Assembly (NCBI RefSeq): GCF_006345805.1
Contig: NW_021833534.1
Coordinates: forward strand, 1 to 34,296
Length of the DNA stretch: 34,296 bases
Source: Octopus sinensis
Lineage: Eukaryota
Reading direction: 5' to 3'
The notes under the pieces were generated by a model. The model saw only the letters and a program-made list of their open reading frames with translations, searched no databases and was not told the DNA's origin. The translations under genes were made by a program, and so were the position numbers. How positions within the stretch are numbered: the first letter of the stretch is position 1; every line of letters starts with the position of its first letter. Of the stretch, positions 21,535 to 33,902 are shown piece by piece.

Positions 21535-21749
21535 AATACTTTCTAATTTTGGCAAAAGGCCAGCAATTTTAAAGGGAAGGCTTAGTCGATTAAATCGACT
21601 CCAGTATTTAATTGGTGCTTATTTCATTGACCCCGAAAGGATGAAAAGCAAAGTCGACCTCGGCAGAACTTGAACTCGGAACATAAAGAGAGACGAAATG
21701 TCGCTAAATATTTCGTCCAGCGTGCTAACGATTCTACCAGCTCGCCACC
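21535..21749 (-). mobile_element. SINE B2 variant next to (AAC)n(AAT)n microsatellite (21757-21850)
   Basis: Reverse-complement core and head. Confidence 0.8.
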
Positions 21750-21757
21750 TTCTGAAT

Positions 21758-21850
<93 letters not shown>

Positions 21851-21942
21851 CAAGTTAACCTCATCAGTAAAGGAGCTGCCCCTCATCCTTTCGTCCGTCG
21901 AAATAGAATATATATATATACGTGTGTGTGTGTGTGTGTGTG

Positions 21943-21987
<45 letters not shown>

Positions 21988-22179
21988 TACATATATGTAT
22001 TTATTAATAACATAAATACACATGTGATACCACCGTGCTCCAGTATGGCCGCAGTCAAATGACTGAAACAAGTAAAAGAATAGACATATAAAATGTAGAT
22101 AAATGCCTTTTATGTATGTATGTATATGTACGTATATGTATATGTAATCACAGAGACATACATATATATGTATGTATAT

Positions 22180-22226
<47 letters not shown>

Positions 22227-22429
22227 TATATATATATAATATGTGTATATAAATTAGAGAAGAACCACCATGTAGCAATTCAACAATGATATACTTAAAT
22301 AATACCATATATAAAAAATAATTAAAGATACGATCAAACATTTACCTAGAACTAAATTAAGTACGAAATAATAAATAAATAGCATATAATTAGTATATAT
22401 ATATATATGTAAATGTAAAAAAATACAAA

Positions 22430-22700
22430 CTGGGACAAGAACGTGAAACATTTAGAAGATGATACAAAAAACACGGATCATCTTCGCAATTTCGGCTGAT
22501 TAATCTTGAGATTGCTCCGATCTGGCCAGCCCCAAAGGAAAATCTAAGCCAAGCGCATTAGATTCCTTGGAAGAAAGCCTCGAATGTATACAAAACAAGG
22601 ACGGAAAAACGGACGATGTTGCACGAATGAAAATACAAAAGATACGTAAAAACAATAATGATAATAATAATAACAAAAACAGGACATAATGAAGGTAGTA
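22430..22700. mobile_element. (TA)n-associated dispersed repeat, possibly Penelope-derived; second copy at 30341-30535
   Basis: Shared tgggacaagaacg...ggatcatc(c/t)tcgcaattt(c/t)ggctgattaatcttgagattgctcc.atctggccagcccc. Confidence 0.55.
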
Positions 22701-22980
22701 TTCAATATGAATATAAACATACAACAACAAAAATGACTTCTTCAGCTCTAAAATTAGTCAACGAAGAAGTGAAAAGTTGAATCTACTTACTTGCAGTTAC
22801 CTCTGCATAAACAACAGATCAGGCAACAGTCAGCAGGTACTTTTTCTTTCATGCCGATTAGATATATATCTCAGTGTCTTTCTGGGTGTTTGTGAACGTC
22901 AAGAAAACCTATCCGTTGCCATGGTGGCCAATTACAGTACAAACTACTTAACGTTTTCGTTCCGATTACATCATTCAATA

Positions 22981-23751
22981 TATTTCGTCTGTCTTTACGT
23001 TCTGAGTTCGAATTCCGCCGAGGTCGACTTTGCCTGACATCCTTTCGAGGTCCATAAATTAAGTACCAGTTGCATACTGGGGTCGATCTAATCGACTGGT
23101 TCCCTCCACAAAAATGTCGGGCCTTGTGCCTAGAGTAGAAAAGAATATATTTCGTCTGTCTTTACGTTTTGAGTTCAAATTCTGCCGAGGTCGACTTTGC
23201 CTGTCATCCTTTCGCGGTCCATAAATTAAGTACCAGTTGCATACTGGGGTCGATCTAATCGACTGGTTCCCTCCACAAAATTTTCGGGCCTTGTGCCTAG
23301 AGTAGAAAAGAATATATTTCGTCTGTCTTTACGTTCTGAGTTCAAATTCTGCCGAGGTCGACTTTGCCTGTCATCCTTTCGAGGTCCATAAATTAAGTAC
23401 CAGTTGCATACTGGGGTCGATCTAATCGACTGGTTCCCTCCACAAAATTTTCGGGCCTTGTGCCTAGAGTAGAAAAGAATATATTTCGTCTGTCTTTACG
23501 TTCTGAGTTCAAATTCCGCCGAGGTCGACTTTGCCTTTCATCCTTTCGCGGTCCATAAATTAAGTACCAGTTGCGTACTGGGGTCGATCTAATCGACTGG
23601 GGCACCCTCCCCCCAAAATTTCAGGTCTTGTGCCTAGAGTAGAAAAGAATATATTTCGTCTGTCTTTACGTTCTGAGTTCAAATTTTATCGAGGTCGACT
23701 TTGCCTTTCATCCTTTCGAGGTCCATAAATTAAGTACCAGTTGCGTACTGG
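22981..23751 (+). mobile_element. Headless SINE B2 pentamer (~167 bp period)
   Basis: Units start tatttcgtc at 22981, 23148, 23315, 23482, 23652. Confidence 0.9.
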
Positions 23752-23926
23752 TGGAGCATTCCCGCTGAACTTTCCACCGAATGTAAACGAGCCAAGGGAT
23801 TGTCTATACGTGGTCACCCGTCTCTGTTGCTTGGGACCACAAAATAAAAACACATTCTATTGTGCAAGTTAGCTGACCATACATCACCACTGTGGTCAGA
23901 AATTACATTTTTTCACTAAAAAAAAT

Positions 23927-24268
23927 CTGGCTGTGTGATAAGAGGTTCGCTTTCCAACCACATATTTCCAGATCCAGTCCCACATAGTAGAACCTTGGGC
24001 AAGTGTCTTCTGCTATAGACTCGGGCCGACCAGAGCCTTGTGAGTGGATTTGATAGATGGAAACTGAAAGAAGCCCGTCGTATATATAATGTGTGTTTGT
24101 GTTTGTGTTTGTCCTCCACCATCGCTTGACAACCTGTGTCGGTTTGTTTACGTCCTCGTAACTTAGCAGTTTGGCAAAAGAGTACTGGGGTCGATTTGTT
24201 CGGCTAAAATTTCTTCGATGCGGTACCCCAGCATGGCCGCAGTCTAATGACTGAAACAAGTAAATGAT
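23927..24268 (+). mobile_element. SINE family A; head and 5' flank duplicated at 24993-25168
   Basis: Shared diagnostic variants and flank tttttca(c/t)taaaaaa. Confidence 0.85.
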
Positions 24269-24423
24269 AGCATCTGATATCTAAACCACACTTTCAGCTT
24301 TACATCCACGTTATATATTCATTATTATTGGAATAACAAAATATATACCAACCAACCTGCATGGATGCGACAGGGTGTGCATCAGCACATATTGTTGAAC
24401 TTCGATTCGAGGAGGAGGATGAT

Positions 24424-24757
24424 AAAGGGTAAAGCCCCCTTCAGTCATGAATGACCATGAGACTGCACCTAGAAAGTTCCCCTCCGAGGTACAAGGGTGT
24501 TTCTGGAAGACCAGCAGTTGCCCATACATGCCAGCCTCCTCTCTCTACGCCACCGATGTTGTCCAAAGGAAAGGCAAAGGGGCCGATATAGCTTGGCCCC
24601 AGTGACGTCGCAACTCATTTTTACAGCTGAGTGAACTGGAGCAACGTGAAATAAAGTGTCTTGCTGGAGAACAAAACACACAGCCCGGTCCGGGAATCGA
24701 ACTCAGTACCTCATGATTGTGAGTCCGATGCTCTAACCACTGAGTCATGCGCCTTCA
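24424..24757 (-). mobile_element. tRNA-SINE family G (CORE-like head, distinct 3' half)
   Basis: Head gaaggcgcatgactcagtggttagagc..gagttcgattccc, then caagacactttatttcacgttgctcc. Confidence 0.8.
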
Positions 24758-24920
24758 ATAAAGAACCAGTCGTCGTTCACAAAGGAATATGACTTGGGAA
24801 TGTGTCTCACGCTTTCTCTAAGTGTTTTAGATTTCTATGTAGTCATGAGCAGACATATACATCCTCTTGACTTTCCCACCCTTTGACATTGTGGAATATC
24901 CAGGATATGACAGCTGAAAG

Positions 24921-24964
<44 letters not shown>

Positions 24965-25226
24965 AAGAGAGGGAGGTAAATATATCTATGGATTTTTCAT
25001 TAAAAAATCTGGCTGTGATAAGAGGTTCTCTTTCCAACCACATGTTTCCAGGTCCAGTCCCACATAGTAGAACCTTGGGAAAGTGTCTTCTGCTATAGAC
25101 TCGGGCCGATCAGAGCCTTGTGAGTGGATTTGATTTATGGAAACTGAAAGAAGCCCGTCGTATATATCAGCTCTTGGCTGGGATTCACTTTCAACCGAGT
25201 AGACCGGAGCAATGTGGAATAAAGTA

Positions 25227-25459
25227 ATTTTTTTTCCTACCCACAAGGAGCTAATCACAGAGAGGACAAACAAGGACAGACAAACGGATTGAGTCGATTA
25301 CATCGACCCCAGTGCGTAGCTGGTACTTAATTTATCGACCCCGAAAGGATGAAAGGCAAAGTCGACCTCGGTGGAATTTGAACTCAGAACGTAACGGCAG
25401 ACGAAATACCGCAAAGCATTTCGCCCGGCGTGCTAACGTTTCGGCCAGCTCGCCGCCTT
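25227..25459 (-). mobile_element. SINE B inserted into a D-type SINE head (host at about 25170-25226 and 25478-25575), 18 bp TSD
   Basis: gcaatgtggaataaagta at 25209-25226 and 25460-25477. Confidence 0.9.
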
Positions 25460-26030
25460 GCAATGTGGAATAAAGTACCTTGCTCAAGGACACGACGTGT
25501 CGCCCAGTTCAGTAATTGAACCCACAATCGTATGATCATGAACAGAACCCCCTAACTACTAAGCCACGCGCTTTCACTTCACTTCATTAATCTATAATTC
25601 ATATGAAACAGGTGATCGCCTTATTTTCATTACTCAAACGCTACAGGTGATCACGCTATCTGGGCAATAAAAACCCTTTAAACCTTCTGAAAATTTAATG
25701 AATAAATAACTGTACAGAGGATGACGAAAAGAACAAGATATGTCAATATTACTTCAATATTCAATCTGGCCACCAAGCAACTGGCCTGTCTAAATAAACA
25801 TTAAAAATTTAATCAGGAAGAGAAAACATACAAACTTAACCTAATAGCTATCTATGATCTAATGCAGAGAGTAACGTCAATTAGTAATATAAGTTACTGG
25901 GAAATACTTCAATGGACAAATTAAACGAATAGTTATGTATAAGTGAGTATGTTTCAGTAGTAAATAAAATGGTGATTTAGTAAGAAGCCAGACCTTGTTA
26001 AGAACAGTACAATACTGGTAATAATTGTTT

Positions 26031-26442
26031 CTTTATTACCCACAAGCGGCTAAACACAGAGGGGACAAACAAGGACAGACAAAGGGATTGAGTCGATAAC
26101 ATCGACCCCAGTGCGTAACTAGTACTTAATTTATCGACCCCGAAAGGATGAAAGGCAAAGTCGACTTCGGTAGAATTTGAACTCAGAACGTAGCGGCAGA
26201 CGAAATACCTATTTCTTTACTACCCACAAGGGACTAAACATAGAGGGGACAAACAAGGACAGACAAAGAGATTAAGTCAATTACATCGACCCCAGTGCGT
26301 AACGGGTACTTAATTTATCGACCCCGAAAGGATGAAAGGCAAAGTCGACCTCGGCGGAATTTGAACTCAGAACGTAGCGGCGGACGAAATACGGCTACGC
26401 ATTTCGCCCGGTGTGGTTAACGTTTCTGCCAGTTCGCCGCCC
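26031..26442 (-). mobile_element. SINE B dimer
   Basis: Junction gaaataggtatttcgtc on the minus strand. Confidence 0.9.
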
Positions 26443-26560
26443 TAACAATACTGGCAATAATAGCAGTTACAACAATAATGGTATTAAGTAGCAATTTGCA
26501 TTTTAAAATCGCTCTTTATTATCCATCATTTTAGTGTTGTCCAACTTATCAAATTTTAGT

Positions 26561-26926
26561 TATAGGCGCGGTTAGCTTGCTTCCTAACCACAAGGTTCCG
26601 GGTTCAGTCCCACTGTGTAGTACCTTAGGCAAATGTCTTCTACTCTAGCCTCGGGGTAACCAAAGCCTTGTGAATTGTGTTCGTATACGGAAACTAGAAG
26701 TTCGTCGTGTGTGTATGTGTATGTGCCTGTGTGTCTTTGCGTCGGTGTTTGTTTCCCACTACCACTTGACGACTGTTGTTGGTTTGTTCACGTCCCCATA
26801 ACTTAACGGTTCGGCAAAGAGGCCGATAGAATACCTACCAGGCTTTAAAAAGAAGTACCGGGGATAGATTCCTTCGACTAAAAACCATGGCCGCAGTCTA
26901 ATGACTGAGGCAAGTAAAAGATAAGA
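26561..26926 (+). mobile_element. Diverged SINE family A
   Basis: Family A motifs. Confidence 0.75.
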
Positions 26927-27050
26927 GTGTGTTATTAATGCTATCTAATGAATATCAAACCCCCAGGTAAATCGTGACAGAGAAGGGCATTGGCGGGCAA
27001 CCAAGGCACAGAACTACCTATGAAATTATACGAGGCGAATCCCCTTCCTT

Positions 27051-27762
27051 GAAACCTTAATAAATCTCTTTAAAGTTTTTCTGAGAGTCTTACATGACAG
27101 TAAGAAACCTAAATAAATCCCTTTAAAGTTTTTCTGGGAGTCTTACATAACAGTAAGAAACCTTAATAAATTTCGGGCCTTGTACCTAGAGTAGAAAGGA
27201 ATATATTTCGCCTGTCTTTACGTTCTGAGTTCAAACTCTGCTGAGGTCGACTTTGCCTGTCATCCCTTCGAGGTCCATAAATTAAGTTCCAGTTGCGTAC
27301 TGGGGTCGATCTAATCGATTGGTCCCCTCCACAAAAATTTCGGGCCTTGAGTCTTGAGTAGAAAAGAATATATTTTGTCTATCTTTACGTTCTGAGTTCA
27401 AATTCCGCCGAGGTCTACTTTGCCTTTCATCCTTTCGAGGTCCATAAATTAAGTACCAGTTGCGTACTGGTGTCGATCTAATCGACTGCCCCCCGCTCCC
27501 CCAAAATTTCGGGCCTTGTGCCTAGAATGGAAAAGATATCAAACGTAATATCGATATTTCGTTTTTATATTTGGTTTGCAAGCTGATTGATGTGAACTTG
27601 TGTAATGACTCTTTAAGTTTTAATTTTAAAGTTTTTTCTGAGAGTCTTATATGACAGTAAGAAACCTTAATAAATCCCTTTAAAGTTTTTCTGAGAGTCT
27701 TACATGACAGTAAGAAACCTTAATAAATCCCTTTAAAGTTTTTCTGAGAGTCTTACATAACA
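27051..27762. repeat. 53 bp minisatellite in two blocks (about 27051-27170 and 27626-27762) split by a headless SINE B2 multimer (about 27168-27538)
   Basis: Unit gaaaccttaataaatccctttaaagtttttctgagagtcttacatgacagtaa. Confidence 0.85.
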
Positions 27763-27782
27763 ATATCTGTGTTAGACAAAGC

Positions 27783-27980
27783 AGTGAGCTGGCAGAATCT
27801 GGCAAAATGCCTAGCAGCATTTCGTCCGTCTTTACATTCTGAGTTCAAATTTCGCCGAGGACGACTTTGCCGTTCATGCTTTCGAGATCGATAAAATAAG
27901 TACCAGTTGAGTACTGGGGTCGATGCGATCGATTTAGCTCCTCTCCCGAGCTTGCTGGCCTTGTACGAAAATTTGAAATG
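27783..27980 (+). mobile_element. SINE B2 variant
   Basis: Head plus Meta-like core. Confidence 0.75.
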
Positions 27981-28135
27981 AATAATTATGTGAGATAGAA
28001 AGGATGAGAACTCGGGTAGTAGAGCAAGTGGTTAAGTTATAGCAATTACGCTATCATATGATTTAAACCTATAAATATATTTACTCTTTGCTGATGATTA
28101 ATAACAGTATTGGCGTAATGACTTTAAGTATAGAG

Positions 28136-28535
28136 GGCAGAAACGTTAGCACGCCGGGCGAAATGTTTGCGGTATTTCGCCTGCCGTTACGTTCTGAGTT
28201 CAAATTCCGCCGAGGTCGACTTTGCCTTTCATCCTTTCGGGGTCGATAAATTAAGTACCAGTTACGCACTGGGGGTCGAAGTAATTGACTTAATACCTAT
28301 GTCTGTCCTTGTTTGTCCCCTCTGTGTTTAGCCCCTTGTGGGTAGTAAAGAAATGGGTATTTCGTCAACCGTTACGTTCTGAGTTCAAATTCCGCCGAGG
28401 TCGACTTTGCCTTTCATCCTTTCGGGGTCGATAAATTAAGTAGCAGTTACGCACTGGGGTCGATGTAATCGACTTAATCCGTTTGTCTGTCCTTGTTTGT
28501 CCCCTCTGTGTTTAGCCCCTTGTGGGTAGTAAAAA
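28136..28535 (+). mobile_element. SINE B dimer
   Basis: Junction gaaatgggtatttcgtc. Confidence 0.9.
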
Positions 28536-28545
28536 AATATACATA

Positions 28546-29006
28546 GGGCAGGCATGGTTGTGTGGTTAAAAAGCTCGTTTTGCAACCACGCGATTCCACG
28601 CTCAATCCCACTGCGCGGCAACTTGAACACGTGTAACCCTGTAACCCTGGTTCGACCGATGCCTTGTTAATGCATTTGATAGACGGAGATTGTGTGTGTG
28701 TGTGTGTGTGGTGTGTGTGTGTATGTGTGTGTGTGTGTGTGTGTGAGACCTACAAACATCACTTCACAACCGATATTGGTTTGTATGTGTTCCTGTAACT
28801 TAGCGGTTTGGCATAAGAAATCGAGGGAATAAATACGATACTTGAAAAAATTCCCAATGAGTGGCTGTGTGGTAAGTAGCTTGCTTACCAACCACATGGA
28901 TCCGGGTTCAGTCTCACTGCGTGGCACCTTGGGCAAGTGTCTTCTACTATAGCCTCGGGCCGACTGTGAGTGGATTTGGTAGGCGGAAACTGAAAGAAGC
29001 CCGTCG

Positions 29007-29049
<43 letters not shown>

Positions 29050-29385
29050 ATGTGTGTGTGTGTGTGTGTGTATGTTTGTGTGTCCGTGTTTGTCCCCCCC
29101 CACACACACACACAACATCTCTTGACAACCGATGCTGGTGTGTTTACGTCCTTGTAACCTAGCGGTTCGGCAAAAGAGACCGATAGAATAAGTACTAGGC
29201 CTACAAACAATAAGTCCTGGGGTCGATTTGCTCGACTAAAGGCGGTGCTCCAGCATGGCCACAGTCACATGACTGAAACAAGTAATAGAGTAAAAGAGTA
29301 CTGGGGGTCGATTTGCTCGACTAAAATCCTTCAGGGCGGTGCTCCAGCATGGCCGCAGTGCAAACACCGAAAACGGGTATAAGAT
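28546..29385 (+). mobile_element. Two adjacent SINE A copies plus a duplicated 3' end
   Basis: About 28546-28845 degenerate, 28858-29300 full, 29301-29385 repeated tail. Confidence 0.8.
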
Positions 29386-30002
29386 AACCGTTAAAAGAAA
29401 AAAAATATTCGGCAAGTCACGCGAGCAGCTATCAATATAAGGAACCATTCACCCCACTTGATATACATTCACATGACTTAATAAAAATGATGAAAGAGCT
29501 ACCACTGCTGCTACGAGTAAACAGACTGTCTTATTCTCTTATTCTCTTATTCTCTTACATGTAGTAGAGTCTGACATTTTAACGACATAAAATTGAGATA
29601 TCATACAAGATGTTTACCAAATACTTGGGTGTAGCAATGAAACTTCAATGCCTTTCGATATATTTATAGTACGGAAGCGTTTATATATGGGTATATGCAT
29701 GTCTGTTGTTGTGTAGGGGAACTGTTTGTGCAGTTAAAAAGTCCTTGACTTCAATCTACAATAATCTAAAACAACTGGAGAATGAAGTATTTTAGTCTAC
29801 GACAAACAAACCCATCCCTTTACAGTAGATACGCTCATGTTTGCTATTGACTTAACGTTTCAAGCCAGGCCAAAGAAATTTATATCTCTTACTGGTTTTA
29901 GTCACTGGACTGCTGCCATGCTGGAGCACCGCCTTTGAAGGGTTTTAGTCGAATAAATCGACCCTAATACTCATAATATATATGTATATATATATATATA
30001 TA

Positions 30003-30270
30003 TAATATTAATTAGAGACAAAACCAAAACTTGATTGATTTGCATAATAGTGGTTTTGTAGTGGATATCTTAATTATATTTAATTTATATAAAAAATTTT
30101 ATGTATTGGATTAAGCTTTTCTTTGTTTGATTTGCATAATAGTGGTTTTGTCTCTAATTAATATTATATTAATATTATATTATATTTTACTATAAAATTG
30201 GATTCAATCCTAAATCTGATTTTTCCTGTAAATTTGGATTTATTCCCTAATATTTATTATTATTATTATT
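30003..30270. repeat. (TA)n-flanked fold-back element
   Basis: 30003-30026 inverted to 30143-30166; internal direct repeat tgatttgcataatagtggttttgt. Confidence 0.8.
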
Positions 30271-30534
30271 ATTATTATATATTATATATATATATATAAT
30301 ATATATATATATTATAATATATATATATATATATATATAAATGGGACAAGAACGCAAAACATCCGGACAACTAGGTGATACAAAAAGGGACAACAAAACA
30401 TCCAGATAGACGATACAATAAAAAACATGGACGGGTCATTCGAAGCCTTTTATCTTCAGTCAAGAACCGGATCATCCTCGCAATTTTGGCTGATTAATCT
30501 TGAGATTGCTCCAATCTGGCCAGCCCCAAGGAAA

Positions 30535-30565
<31 letters not shown>

Positions 30566-30661
30566 CTTTTTATTAAAGCTGTAAAATTATCACACAACTG
30601 TTACTCTGAGTTTCACGTTCCCGTTCATCGGACAGTTGTGATAAATACTGTATACTCTACC

Positions 30662-30709
30662 TATGTATGTATGTATGTATGTATGTATGTATGTATGTAT
30701 GTATGTATG

Positions 30710-30743
<34 letters not shown>

Positions 30744-30769
30744 TGTATATATGTATGTATGTATGTATG

Positions 30770-30803
<34 letters not shown>

Positions 30804-30825
30804 TATATGTATGTATGTATGTATG

Positions 30826-30859
<34 letters not shown>

Positions 30860-31062
30860 TGTAGTATGTATGTATGTATGTATGTATGTAGTAGTATATA
30901 TGTATGTATGTATGTATGATATATGTATGTATTATGTATGTATGTATATGTATGTATGTATTATGTATGTATGTATGTATGTATATATGTAGTGTATGTA
31001 TATGTATGTATGTATATAGTATGTATGTAGTATGTATGTATGTATATATGTATGTATGTATG

Positions 31063-31096
<34 letters not shown>

Positions 31097-31134
31097 TGTA
31101 TGTTATTGTATGTATGTATGTATGTAGTAGTATG

Positions 31135-31168
<34 letters not shown>

Positions 31169-31547
31169 TGTATGTATTGTATGTAGGTATGTATGTATGT
31201 ATGTATATATGTATGTATGTATGTTATGTATGTATGTATGTATATGATGTATGTTGTATTTATGTATGTTATATTTATGTATGTATTATGTATGTATGTA
31301 TATATGTTGATTATGTATGTATATAGTATGTATGTATGTATGTATTATGTATGTTATGTATGTAGTATGTATGTATTGTATGTATGTATATATGTATGTA
31401 TGTATGTATGATATATATGTTGTATGTATGTATGTATGTTATATATGTATGTATGTAGTATTATGTATTATGTATGTATTATGTATGTATGTATGTTTTA
31501 TATGTATGTATGTATGTATGGTGTATGTATATATGTATGTATGTATG

Positions 31548-31581
<34 letters not shown>

Positions 31582-32230
31582 TGTATGTTATATGTATGTA
31601 TGTATGTTGTATGTATGTATGTATATGTGTATGTATGTATGTATGTATGTATGTATGTATGCATGTATGTATGTATGTACGTATGTATATATATAGTCTG
31701 GTACTTATTCTAGCAGTCTGTTTTAGCAAACTGCTTAGTTACGATGGACGTGAACGACTACCATCGGTTGTCAAGCAGTGCTGGGTATCAGGGTCATCAA
31801 AACACATACACACATACATACATACATACATACATACATACATACATACATACATACATGCATGCATGCATACATACATACATACATACATACATACATA
31901 CATACATACATACATGCATACATACATACATACATACATACATACATACATGCATGCATACATAATACATACATACATACATACATACATACATACATAC
32001 ATGGCATGCATACATACATACATACATACATCATACATACATACATACATACATACATATAATACATACATACATACATGCATGCAGACATAATACATAC
32101 ATACATACATACATACATACATACATACCTAATACATACATGACATACATAATACATACATACATACATACATACATACAACATACATACATACAACATA
32201 CTACATACATACATACCATACATCATACAT
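30662..32230. repeat. (TATG)n (~1 kb) and (CATA)n (~430 bp) facing each other across a SINE A fragment
   Basis: Direct inspection; SINE A piece at about 31695-31805. Confidence 0.9.
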
Positions 32231-32575
32231 GCATACGTATATGTTGACGGCATAAGAATTTTATGAACCTTCGAGTGAACGTGAAATAAATTTTTTTTTT
32301 GCAATAATATATTTCGAAGCATATTTACGTAATTGTTTACACTATTCAAAAAGGATTATATCTATATGTACACATGCACGCGCATTATATATATGTGTGT
32401 ATGTATATATATATATATATATATAATATATATATATATATTATATATATATATATATATATATCACGTGATCACGTTACCTACCAGACCATCAGATGTT
32501 GTTACACATCGCTGGTCAAATGCGTTCGCATTGTTTTAGCCTTCGAATGACGCACCCCGCTGGCTAAGCGAGCAG

Positions 32576-32621
<46 letters not shown>

Positions 32622-32622
<1 letters not shown>

Positions 32623-32787
32623 CTTGACGAGCTCTTTCAGTTTTCGTCCACCAAATCCACTCATAAGGCTTTGATTGGCACGAGGCAATAGTGGAAGGCA
32701 CTTGCCGAAGGTGTCACGCAGTGGAACCGAACCTGGAATCATGTGGTTGGGAAGCAAGTTTCTTCCCACACACCCACGCCTGCGCCT
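32622..32787 (-). mobile_element. SINE A 5' half
   Basis: Reverse-complement head. Confidence 0.8.
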
Positions 32788-33151
32788 ATGTAATAGGATT
32801 TTTTAAACATCGAATGGTGACGGGGGTTCTTCCGATTAAAATAGGAAGCAGAAGGGGGTCCATATTTGAGAAATATTGCACTAAAACCATCCATTAGAAT
32901 GAAGGAAATACATTCACAGTCTCTCTTCTTATCAGGGAGCCACGGGTCAACGAAGGGGCTTTTACGTAGTCGCTTTATCTGCTAGGAATAGCAGTCGAAT
33001 TCCCTCAAATCACACCCTACCATCATAAACAGGGACATATTTACTAATGTAATCCTAGTTGTACAAAAAAAAACCGGAGGGACACGTTTGGAATGTTTTT
33101 GATAATAAGTCTGCCCAATCAAGGCTACCAGGGGCAAAACAGCAACAACAG

Positions 33152-33153
33152 TA

Positions 33154-33201
<48 letters not shown>

Positions 33202-33246
33202 GCTAGTACTACTACTACTACTGCTGCTGCTGATACTGCTGCTGCA

Positions 33247-33308
<62 letters not shown>
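33152..33308. repeat. (TAC)n/(TGC)n microsatellite
   Basis: Direct inspection. Confidence 0.95.
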
Positions 33309-33691
33309 AAAAGTAAGTTTCGTCACTTCTACAAACCCAAATTAGATTTAGGGGCGAGGCCTTAATCACGCCCTTCTTCTCCAACACACACGACCTTTTT
33401 CAGAACCTTCGAGAACGATTGGAATGAAGAAAGAAACCATCGTCAAACCAAAGACTTGATTCAAATATTTTGTCTACCCAGGGCTACAATAGAAGACACT
33501 AGCTCTTTGTACAGTGGCGTTGCTCGAGTGTGTACCACCCGAAACAGCCCTTGAGTCTGTCCCCCAAACACGCTTATACTACCCCAAAAGTACCACCCCA
33601 ATAAAGCTTCATCCGTGTGTCATTAGTGAAATTTGAACCCGATTCCAAGTAATTACGGAACGAACTCCTTAACTACGCAACCAAATAAGAA

Positions 33692-33836
33692 CATTCTTTT
33701 TTACTCTAGGCACAAGGCACAAAATTTTGGGGGAGGAGGCCAGTCGATTAGATCGACCCCTGTACGCAACTGGTACTTCATTTATCGATCCCGAAAGGAT
33801 GAAAGGCAAAGTCGACCTCGGCGGAATTTGAACTCA
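33692..33836 (-). mobile_element. 5'-truncated SINE B2, 15 bp TSD
   Basis: gcaaccaaataagaa at 33677-33691 and 33837-33851. Confidence 0.85.
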
Positions 33837-33902
33837 GCAACCAAATAAGAATATTGTACCCATAAGAAATACAATAAGATCTTTACCTTTTGACCTACAG
33901 AT

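Noticed and set aside
22480-22540. ggctg...cagcc-GAAA-ttgcg hammerhead-like half (and CUGAAGA near 30455)
   Set aside because: CUGANGA and GAAA do not flank the same helix; no UH site
22760-22930. Minus-strand GCCACCATGG with nearby gtaagt donor and acceptor
   Set aside because: ORF stops after 7 codons; implied intron only 43-53 nt; runs into a repeat
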